NCBI GenBank assembly: GCA_964558015.1
Contig: CAZLCT010000002.1
Coordinates: 1-61,860, forward strand
Length of the DNA: 61,860 nucleotides
Source: an uncultured bacterium
GTDB lineage: Bacteria > Omnitrophota > Omnitrophia > JAHJGZ01
Direction of reading: 5' to 3'
In this document: positions 12,001-24,000 of the stretch, piece after piece
Layout: every line of letters begins with the position of its first letter
How positions within the stretch are numbered: the stretch's first letter is position 1
The notes under the pieces: model-generated
What the model saw: only the letters and a program-made list of their open reading frames with translations
Databases searched by the model: none
Told to the model about the DNA's origin: nothing
Position numbers and translations under genes: made by a program

Positions 12001-15000
12001 GCCTTATTAACTAATTCTTCTGCATGCTCAAGATGCTCAAGGCTATCTAAATCTATAAATTTTCTTGCAAGTCTATTATAAACATCAACAATGTATGAAC
12101 TTTGTTGTTTAACATTCTTTGCATTGGGATAATCACTTAATATACTATATGATTTATTTATTAACTCTTCTGCGTGCTTAAGATTTCCTTGATTTATAAA
12201 TATTAAGGAAAGAGCATTATAGTTACCAATAATATATCTAATTTTGTCCTGAACTCCTTGAGCAAGCGTATAATCTCTCAAGATCTTATAAGCTTTATTG
12301 ACCAACCTTTCCCTTAGCTGCAAATTTTTTGTCATCTTGATTCCAACTCTAGCAAAAACATCAATAATTATGTCAGCATTCTGCTCAATCATTTTTTCAT
12401 CGAAGTACTCATTAAATATGTAAATTGCCTTATTAATTAATTCTGCCTCTTTTTCAGTTTCTTCATTTACTCCAAACTCTTTCGCACAATAAAGATAAGA
12501 ACTCATTATATAAGAAGCTTGATCTTTAACTCCTTCTACATCTGGATAATCACAAAACACTGAATATGCCCAATCTATAAATTTTTCTGTTTTATATAAA
12601 TTATCAATCTTTTTTGTATTTCGTAATGCCTTTGCTATACGATTAAGCATAACAATAATATCCTTAGCCTGGCTCTTTACGGTCTCAGAATCAGGATATT
12701 TTATAAGATAGTCTTTAAAAATACGATAGGCTCTAGTTAATTGATCTTGTGCTTTTATTAATTCGTTCTCCATATTTGATTCAGCATTATTTAATAACGC
12801 TATAATAATTTCATTATTAATGTTTTCTTCTGCTGCATAAGCAAGGTGGGGCAAATATAGTTTAGCCCCATTCTGAATATCGTCTTTTATTCTTGTTTCA
12901 AATTTTTCTGCCACTGTTTGGGAGCATAAAAAACGATAATGTTTCCTTAAAACTTCTTTAAGAATATCATTTACCCGATAAAAACACATATTAGGAAATG
13001 TAATCTTTTCCCAAAAATAACGGAGTTTTTTACTAAAATCTGCTGTTTCGAGCAAAAGAATATTATTTAAACAAGCCATTATGATGGCTGTCTCTTGTAT
13101 TTCAACGTTTATATCATATTTACCAATATTAATTCCTTTACGAAATTTCATTGCCTTTTTTGCTATACTACATGCTTCATTCAATCTATTCATGCGAAGA
13201 TAAATAAATGATATTATAGTTAATACTATGCTATCATCCGGATGAAATAATCGAATGAAAAGAAAATGCTCGAGAAAATCTTGTAACTCCTCTTTTTTAC
13301 AATCCGTAAGAAAATTCATATAAGAAACAATAATAAAATCTTCTTGATTACAAACTTCTGAGATATGAGAGTACATGTTAAACATTTTGTGAGCCTTATT
13401 AATCACTTCAAGTATTTGTCCCCGTTCCTTATAATCCTCAAAGTGTTTTGCTAGTCCGTTTAAAATATCTATATTCTTAACAATCTGTTTCTTAGCCCAC
13501 TTGTCATTAGGATGCATACTAATATAATCTTCTGCTACAGCACAAGATTTATAAATAGCCTTTTTTGCCTTTTGGAATTTACCACTATTTTTAGACTTAT
13601 AATATTCGGCCCGTAAAGAATCAATCTTATTTTTTACAGCCTCGTCTAATCTATTCCCATAATAGACTCCTTCATCTAATTTGCCTAGCTTCTTTAATAA
13701 AGCCTTCTCTTTTTTAATGTATGGTGCTATTTGTTTCAGTATTTCTTTATTTAGTTTCGATACAGGAAACTTTTCATTAATAATCTCTTCTGCCTCATCC
13801 TTTATTTTAACAAATATATCAGCTATGCCGTCCTTCCCTTCGATATCTTCTATATATTCGGGTTCGGTTATATTATATTTTTTCATTTTTTTATATAGCG
13901 TAGTTCGGGATATGCCTAATTTTCTGGCTGTTTTGGATTTATCTCCTTTATAAATTTTCCGTATCACTTCCTCTTCCAATTGCTCAATTAAATTATTCAA
14001 ATTTAATCCTTCAATTCCTTTAGTAGAAAATGAATATTTTAAACTAAGATTCTTCAGTGCATAAATACCCTTTTTTTCGAACTCTTCTTCGACTGTTTTG
14101 CAGAATAATTCAACCACTTTAATAGCGTGAGAAATATTACCGTCTGCTATATTAAAAGCATTTTTGATTGCCTTCTTTTCAATATAATTAATTAATACTG
14201 TAAAATTTATTTCTTCTTTTTTATTAACAATACCGTTATATTTTTTTATTTTATTCAAATCTATGCCATACTCTCTTATTTTTCTTAATATTTTCTCACG
14301 GCCTATTCCCAACAACGAAGCTGTCTTATAAGCAACACCATTTTTTAGACTAAGTGCGTGCTCGATTATCTTTTTTTCTACTCTTTCCAAAGAAGCCTTC
14401 ATTTTATTTATTGCATCTTGATCTTTTGGGTAGACATATTTGTCTTTCAATGAATTGCAGGATATCCCTAATAACCCAGCCGCCAAAGTCTCGTCACTGC
14501 CTGTTATCATAAGTGCACACCTTATAGCTTCTTTCTCTATATACTTAAGAAATGTTTTAAGTCTATTTTTCTTAGAGAGAATAAAAGATGTAAAATTATT
14601 ATCGTAACTGGCAGTCATCCCAAATTGTGTTTCCATAGAATCAGAACACGTCCAAGGAATTTCTTTACTATCAAAAAGATCATCTTCGCCTTTTAGATCT
14701 TCATTATCCACATTTACGGAACTGCCTAAAAAGAATGGGACAAGTTCCAAGCGATCACGTAAAATCTCCCAATCAGGAAATAAATCGGGAAAGAAATACC
14801 ATAGTAAGAAAGAAACAATACCAATGAATCCCATAAACGACATCAATTCTATTAATACATAACCGTTTCTCTTCTTTATGTTATTTTTACCCCAGTAATA
14901 TTTAGCCGTGTTAAATCTATCCTCGCCATTCTTTATAACCTTAAAAATATCTTTATTCCTCAATGATTCCTTAATGCCCTGCTTCTTACCAACATATACA

Positions 15001-18000
15001 ACTAATAACCGGGTATTCTTTTCATTGGTAAATGTATAAACAAGCCCGGTTTTTTTAGTATAAAGAACAAACAATCTATTCTGAATATCCTGAACAGGTG
15101 CTCCTTTTATGACCAATGGATTGTGTGTGTTATTCTTTACCATCTCCCCGATATTCTTTATTAATTGTTTCTTTTCAACTCCACTAATGTTTTTCCATGA
15201 TCTAAAAAAGCCTTTAGTAAAACGAATCTCCTCTATAGCTTTCTTTTCTTGCTCTCCTGCACCATGTTTTTTACGTTTATATTTACGCTTTTCTTTCTTT
15301 CTTCCTTTTCCCGGTTTTTCCTCAATATCCGTAATACTTTGAAGAACCTTATTAGCCGACTTAATCCCGGCGCGCGCCTTTTTTAACACTCCTTCTATTA
15401 TCGGATCATCGCTATCTCCTTCATATTTTGATATAATCTTTTCGAACATTTTTACGATTTCATTTATTTTTTCTACACTTTTAGCACTAGCGACTTTATT
15501 CAATTTTTTTTGCGCAATATTTAATCTGTTTTGTGCTACACTCCTTCTTCTTATAATTAAGTTTTCTTCTTTATCTTGCGAAATTAGAACCCTCAATTTT
15601 TTCAAGCGCTCCGATATACCTGGATGTTCCGGATGCAGCTCTTTGATCTGAGTCAGTAACCCGGATTCTATATTCCATGCTCCTTTCTCACTTGCCTCCT
15701 TAACTTTTGATAAAAGCGAAATAATACTATTCGCCTTTCTGTATATCTCTTTCAGACCTTGATTCCGCCAATCCAATTCCAAACCTATGCGTGCAATCTT
15801 TGAAGATTTAGCATAGTTGTTAGCATTAAACCTTTTGTGTACTTCCTGATATATCGAGCTTACTATCTCCTCTTTCTTATCCTGATTATACTTATTTAAC
15901 AGAAGGATGATGCCTCTTGCCAAAGGCTGCGGAAGGTTTTCATAAGACATGAGTAACAATAATGTATATAAATCTTCAGAGTGTACGTTATCATATAAAA
16001 AATAACGTTCCTTCTCGTCAATTTTCAAAAAAATCTCATTTAAAATAAGCCACGCTTTATCATAGTCATCTTGTAACGTAGCAATTATTCCTTTGTAAAA
16101 TTGTATTTGATTAAGCTTTTCTTGTCCGAATTTTTTTTCTACAGTAAGAATTTCCCTGGCAATTGCTTCTGCTCTGTTTAAACTTTCCTGAGCTACCTTT
16201 AAACTGTCAAATTGCTTAAAAAACTTGATAATTATAGTAGCTCTTATTAAATTAACATCAATGGCATACATACTTTTTTTTATTACATCTTCTTTTGATA
16301 ATAACTCATCAGAAACATCATCAAGAAAAAGAGTTTCTACAACATTTAATAAGCTGAGAGCTTCCTCATAATCTCCAGCATCGTCATATAAATCTATCAA
16401 TGCAAGATAATCTAGTATATTCTGTGTCTTACCAATAACACGAACAAAATCCTGCTTAGCTTTTTCTGCATATCTTTCCTTTAAAGTCTTATCGTCTTCC
16501 TCCTGAATTATTGCATAATATGAATGCCCGCGCAGACTATACAATAGAGTGTATAATTGTTCATCATCTTCAGGGGCTATGTTTAGTTCATCTTGGGCTA
16601 ACTCGACTGCCTTATCAAACAACGATATAGCACCAGTGTATGACCGCCTTTCAAAATAATAATGACCCAATGCTATGGTTACATTTAAAAGAACAGTACG
16701 TTTGTATTCATAACTCCCAACCGTAGTACCACTGTCTTTTTTCTCATCAGATCTCCTTATTAGATTATCTAAAAGTCTAAGCGCTTTGCGTGGCTTCTTT
16801 TGGGCTTGCCTATCAATTATACTGCTTATATTTTTTATACAATCAGCTCTAAGATAAGTTGCTCCTTGTTCGTCTGCAGATATGAGCACTTCTGAATATA
16901 CTCTCAGGGCGGAATCCCATTCCTCATCATATCCCATACTTATCGCAAGTAAGTATTTTGCGAGAGGATTATCCGGCTCTATTGCAAAAACGCAATTTAG
17001 CGATTCCATATATTTTTTACTATATTGTAATAATAAAGCTACAAATGCATATTTAATGAGCACATTAACGTTTTCTGGTTCTTTTTCTTTTATTTCAGCT
17101 AATTCATTCATTTTTTTTATGCGCAACTTATTATCAAAATCTATTAATTCATGCAATTCAAAAAATAATAGATCAATAGGATGAATCCCTTCTGCCTCCG
17201 GAGGAAACGTTTGTATGCTTTCTTCTTTCTCTAATATTTCATTAATCTGCTCATTAAGCTTGGTGAAAGATTCCGGATCAGTGCTTACTTCTTTAAATTT
17301 TTTAGGGGATTGCAAAGCTTCTATATTTGAAATCGCATTGATATGCCGAATGGAAGCATTACTGAGTTTTGGGGTAACTTTTCCGTTTTTGTCAAGGAAG
17401 TCTAACGATATAAGACCGTTTATTTCATCGCGAAAGGTCGACTTACTAAAAGGTTTGCCGGAGGGTGCGCCACGTGTTTTATGCAAACTGCGCCATATCA
17501 CTGTATTACCGTTAATGAGGACTGCACCTCGGTCTTTAACCTTTATGGGTATATCTCCAATTATATCCCTAGCCGCCCATAAATCTCTCAGACACTCGGC
17601 AACTGAACCTTGAGGCTTTGGTTTTTTCCTTTTGCTCTTAATAATATCATCCTGTTCTTCGATTTTCCCTCCCACAGCAGGCTTTCTTGTAAGTACTGCA
17701 TGCACATTTTTCAGAAGTTCGTCGAATTTGGTTTGGTCTTTAGCTTTGGCGAGCCTTATAATCCGTCCAGCAGTTAAATTAAAAGACCGTAATGCTTCAA
17801 TCTGTTCTTGTGACGCATTAAGTAATATCTTTCTGATATAATAGTATTTTGTTCCATAACGCGAATATTTTCTCTTTTCACAATCTAAAAGTTCTAAGAG
17901 AGTAAGCGCTTGAAACCTCTTTCTAATAGTTTCTATTTTGCATTCCACTTCTGCATCTGATTCCCGCTGCCATCGGATAACTTCCCCTGTAGATTTTGTA

Positions 18001-21000
18001 AGGACTCCGCGGTCATTAACACACAGAGCTTCCCCCTGAAGCTCGTAGCGGTATTTCCATAAATTTTCAATCCACCTTATGGACAGGTTTTGATTTGGTT
18101 TAATTTGTAAAATATCCTGTATGTCTTTTTTAAACTTTTCAAAATTATGCTTTGTATTTTTACTTTTACTCATTGCATAAAGCGCAGAATGACTCATCGT
18201 CTTTAATAAAGGCATCCCCTGAAAAGAGACGTTAACAAGTTCCTCGATCTTTTCTTTATTAGCAGTAACTATTTCATCAATAAGGTAATGATCATATTGA
18301 TTTCCCTTAGCCTTTATCTTTATTAGAAGACCTAATTCTGTAAGCAAAGGTCGAACTTGTGGTATCAATATTTCATCAAGTTTTTGTCCCTTTAGTTCAG
18401 AACGCCGTTCCCAAAGACGCCATATGATATTCGCTACTTTCCCTTCAAGAATGCGTTTTTGTTTGTTTTCAACCCCAACCTTTCGGTACTTTAGTTCTCT
18501 AGAAGAAGAACCCTCGTATTTCTTAACAATATTTTTCATTCTTTCTTCAGTTCGATAGGAGATAACTTGTTTTTTCATATTAGTGCATAAAAAATCAAAC
18601 CATTCACGATTAGTTACATACAATCTCTCCATAAAGGATTCTTTTGGATCCTGATATACTGGAAGTTTTTTGGAAAAAAGATGCGGTTCAAGTAGTTCGG
18701 TTACCTCTCGTGGATAGTGTCTAAATGCTTCCTGAAAGATTCTGAATATATTAAGGACCGCTGTTAACCTTTTAGCCGGAGTGCGTGGCCCAAAAAGAAG
18801 TCCCATAATAAAAAGAATAGTATCGCCCTTGAGCGTTTTTCCTTCATATGTATAGGTATATTTGTCTTTTCCTTTCAAAACTCTAAGTAAAAGTTTTTCG
18901 TCTTTTATTAGTTTTGTTACTTTTTTAAAAAGTTTATCTTCATCATATCCGTAAGGAGAAAAAAAGTTCAGCATATCACGAAGAGTTTCTTCATCCCCAG
19001 ATGGTTTAGCCTCTTCCTTTTTTGGCTCAGACAATGATGCCTCCTCCGCTTTTCCTTTTCTTCTTACCTTGCTTTTTTCTTTATTAAACTCAAATTTACT
19101 AAAACTTTCTCCATGTTCTTCTTCAAACTCCTCAAGCTGATTAATAGCATTTATTATTGCTTCGCCAAATTCCCTTTTCAATGTATCTTGAAAACTTTCT
19201 TCGCCACCTACATCTTTATCTTTTATTACACCAAAAAGGTCAATCATGAGTTCCGTGGTTAATTCTGTATTATACCTTTCTAAACGATAATCTACATACA
19301 TCTTCATCGTCTGGACAACTGCAGGAGGATCATTTCCTATCCTTTTCTTTAACTCTTCTTTTATAAAATCAATACCTATTAAAATCTCACGGCGTAGCTC
19401 CTGGTTTCTTTTCTCTTCTTTCGACAAAAGTTTTTTGGCTTCTTTTGATGTTTCCGCATTCTGCCTCGAACTACCACCGCCAATAATGCTATTAACGGGT
19501 GATTGCCATGCTGCAAGAGGAGGATTTGTGAAATTAATATTAGCATTCCATACACGCTGTTGAGTTTCAGAAATACGATGCTGCTTTTTGAGATCTAATC
19601 CCTCACCAGGCAAAATTTCACCTCTTGCTTTACCTTTTATGCTTCTGCCTTCTTCCTCTTCTCCTTCTGCTTTAATCATTGCTCCTAAGGCATCTTCTAT
19701 TCGACTGAGTGCATTCATTATCTCTGCCGTAGGTTCAGTTTTAACTTGCTCTTTTAAGAGACGGCGAGTCATAACAAGACTTTTTCTTACCTTTTGTAGT
19801 TGAGAGGGGAGTTTTATAAACACCTTGCGTTCAGAAAAAATATTGGTAATTGACTCTGTCTTTTTAATTGCTACACGGAACATGCCTCGTTCTATAAGTG
19901 AACGTAATTCACTCATATGACTCCTAATCATATCAAGAAATTGACGCTCTTCTTCTAGCTGTGTAAGTAGTTCTTTTATACGACTTTTAACTTTTTCTCG
20001 AATTCGTTCTATCTCACCGATGCGTTTTTCCCTAAGATTTTCAATAGCTAGATTTATCTGACCTATGGCCTCCTTATATGATTCTTGTTCTAAGAATCCT
20101 TCGGAACCAACAATTTCAAGCAGGTGTGTATATGCATCCACCTTGCCTTCCACATGCCCACGTTTAAGCCATACTAAAATATTCCACAATGTTTGCAGTG
20201 CGGCTTCATGATTAAGGCGTGATACGCCGTGCTGCCAATCGGCAAGATATTCATCTCTTACGTATGTAAGGAGTGCAATATTATCAATAATAGTAAGGAT
20301 ATCATCATCCTGACTTTCTAAAATATGATTATGTGCGCGAATTGCTGTAAGTAAAGAATCATAAATAATCTCTACCCACATTTTCGTACTTATCTTATGT
20401 TCTCCTACAAACTCTTTTATCCATCGCTGCTGCAATACCACAACTTTCCTGTTAACATCATATTGTGCTAATCCTAATTCTGTAATAAACTCTCCCATTC
20501 GTTTATCAACATCAAATTCCTCTCTTCGACTCTCTTTGAACAAACGAATACGCTGCCAAAATAGTTCATTCGCATGGATACGGAATGTTCTGCGCACGCC
20601 TAGCAGTGTGGCACTCACAGCACCTGTATTCCCTTCACTGAAGAGCGATAAAGCACGAATTAGTTGTATTTTCCCTTTCTCACGCAGTAATTCTCTCTTT
20701 TGTTCATTCAGCAGTGTTAGCTTATCATCATCCTTAGCCTCATATGCTTCAAGAATATCTCGATCGGTTTCTTTGATATTTATATTAATTTCATCCAACC
20801 TAATGCGCATATCTGTTGGGTCTTTTAAAATAAAAGAAAATGTTATCTCATCATTAATACGCTGTATCTCATTTCTGATTTCACTAAGTTCTTCAGACTT
20901 AAACTCTTCAATTCCGTCTTTCTTGATTCGACGTATGCCAGCCATAACACGCTGAAGGCTAACATTTAATTGTAATAACTGCACCGCCCGGCTTCTAAGC

Positions 21001-24000
21001 CACTTCTCTTCTTCAGAAAAATTCATCTGTCTTTCTTCCTTTGCTTTCTGGGGTGTTTTTCCCACACCACTACGGGTGCCAGAGGTACCACTACTCATTG
21101 GCGAACTATATGCTGCAAGAGGAGGGTTTTCGAAATTAATATTAGCATTCCACACAGCTTTCTGTTTTGGAGAAATATAATGCCCACCATGAGGATCTTT
21201 TCCTTCACCAGGGAGAATAACTCCTGTTCCTTTAATTTTAAGCTCGGCTGTTTCCAGCCCTTTCCGATGTTTATATTGCTCATAAGCTTCATAATAGAAT
21301 TCGCTGAATTTAATTACCATCGGCGGGAAAAAATCTCCAACAAGCAATTCACGGATTCCCCCTTCTTCGCTAAAAATCAACTCACGATCTTTATTCCTCG
21401 CCCCGATACTATACTTTTCGATACTTTCTTTCGTATGTGATTTGCTTGTGTAACCCATTTCATCTAACTCAGTAAACCCTTCAACATCCCCCACCCAGAT
21501 AAGTTTTATCTTTTTATCTTTAACGATCATCCTTATATTTTCAGTATGCATGTCTGACTCTATAAATGAATCTTTTTCACCTACATCAAGATGCCAACCT
21601 TTGTAACCGGCATGATGCATTTTTGCTAAAAGCACAGCACATTGTTTAACTATATCCGTTTGCATTTCCTTAATGTCGCCACCATATAAATTAGGGTTCT
21701 CTTTAATGATTTTATCAAACCCTTCCCGTCCTACATTTAATAAGCGCCGCCCGTCATTATTGTATTCGAATACTGCAAAACGTAATGGCCTTTCATCATC
21801 GCATATCCAAGGCTCATCTTCTCTATACATAGAATAGGTACCATGAGGCATCTCACATAAAAGAAGCGGCCTTATCATGGCTTCCGGATATTGTGCAGAA
21901 ATATCTTGAGAAAAATAAAAGTTCTTTTTATTAATGATTCTTCTTTTTTCCAAGAGACCGGGAATTTTTATCTCAACCGCATAGTTGACTGTACCATCGG
22001 CATTCATTTCAAAAACAATGTGGCGCCTGAATGACTCTGTCACCGGTGTAATATAAATATTTCCTTCCAAATTAAGATAATATCCCTTTCGCAAAGCATA
22101 GCTGAGTGACCCTTCAATACCAGAAGGACGATACTTCTTATCCTTATGATCGAACCGGCTGCGTAATGTTGATGCAATTTTCAAAAGCTTTTCTGCTTTT
22201 ACTGCATTGGTAAACAATTCAAACATATCAGGATGTTCTTTCCTAAATTGTGTATCTTTATTCTCAAGCACCTCTGCCATATCTTTATGTGAATCTATAG
22301 TACTGGGTAAATCCTGTGCTGATAATTCATTGATTTCTTCCGCTTGCCAAATGCGAGCGGGACGTTTTATTGAAGGTAATGCACAAAACCATTGTATTTC
22401 GGCCTCACCTTGTTCATATTTCTTTATTTTATCTTTAACCTCAACTATCCTTTTTTGAAAATCAGGATCATTCATGACGCATTTAGCAATCTCATCAGCT
22501 AATCCGTAGCTTGCATCGCTCACTCTTTTATCTGAAGTAAGAGGCAATCCATGTGTTGTATACGTCAGGGAGTCCGCATTCTCATGATAAGCAATAAGAG
22601 GAAAAAATATTGTACTTAAATTATCAGCCAATATTTCTATGTTCGATAAGAAGGAAGGAATCCCGTACAGCCTTGGTTCTTTGTTATAGTAGTCATTCGG
22701 TATCGCATATTCATTCCTATGTTTTTCATTTGAATAAAGTTTCACACTAGCAAAGGTAAGATATAAAGCTTTCTCTTCATCAATATGCAACGATTTTCGT
22801 AACCGTTTAAACAAAAACGGTGCGACGGTCCAAAATACAAGACTTGTTAGATTCTTGTTAGGAAAAGGGGGACGAATACCGAATATGCTACTTGCTTTAT
22901 CTTTTCTAAAATATCGAATCAATGCCTGGGTAAATTCTTTTTCCTCAGTCCGCCTGAATTTATGAAGCATACGCACAGCATGTGTATTATGAAAGCAATG
23001 CCTAAGCAGAGAAAAAAGCTCCGCAACCTCCTGCTGTTCATCTTGATTGTACGAGGCCAAGATAGATTCTTCTTGGTCTAGGTCCCTTTGATCAAGCATA
23101 TCCCATGTAAGTTTGTTAGTATATGGTTTACCCTCATTTTCTTCTTTTATACGCTCATAAAATTGCGTTAAACGGGGGCTTTGAAATGTCAGTTTGCTAA
23201 AATGCCATGATGCATTTTCACGTTCCGCATGTAATAATATTGTGATATCACGTTCTATTTCTAATTCCATTATTCTTTTTTTTGCCCATTCTGTTAATGA
23301 TTTGATAAACGCCTTATCGGTTGCCTTTTGTATTTCCATTGGGAGATTCATTATGAAGAAAGCCAGACCACCTTGATCACGTATATAATCCTCTTTTTTA
23401 AGTAATCCCTCTGTGTGATAAGGTAATAATTCTTTACGGAATTTCAGTAACTTATCAAATTCTTCCCGTGCAGCAGGATTTTCTTTCAAAACTTCTAAAC
23501 CCTCAATTAAATGTTTCACTCCGGGATGCCTTTTTTTGTAGTATTCCGCTAATCCTTCGACTGAATCAGGAATATCATCTTCTGAAAAAGTGGCGTTTGA
23601 CACCGCTTTTTCATCTGCAGGCATATACTTAATTAACATATCCCTGCGCTGCCACTTGTAATTAATGTCTAGTGCACTCTTAATCTGTGTAAGATAAAAA
23701 GCATCCTTCATCATAGGTGTTTCATTAATAGTACGCAGATTCGCCTGTCCTTTAAATATCCGGATTGTCGAAGTTTTCCATGCATTAATAAATTCAGGAG
23801 TGAGACGCCTTAAATCAATGCCTAAAATGCGCGAACCGGTCGAAATAATTTTGAAATTTTCACTCACCTTTAATAAACTTCCCCCCTCTTCATCCTGAAA
23901 ATATTTTTGAACGCGTTTATCATCAAAGAGGTGCTCCAAATCAGCTTTGGTCATATCATTAACCGCTGCTTTTTCCTTACCCGCAAGAATTACTTTATGC

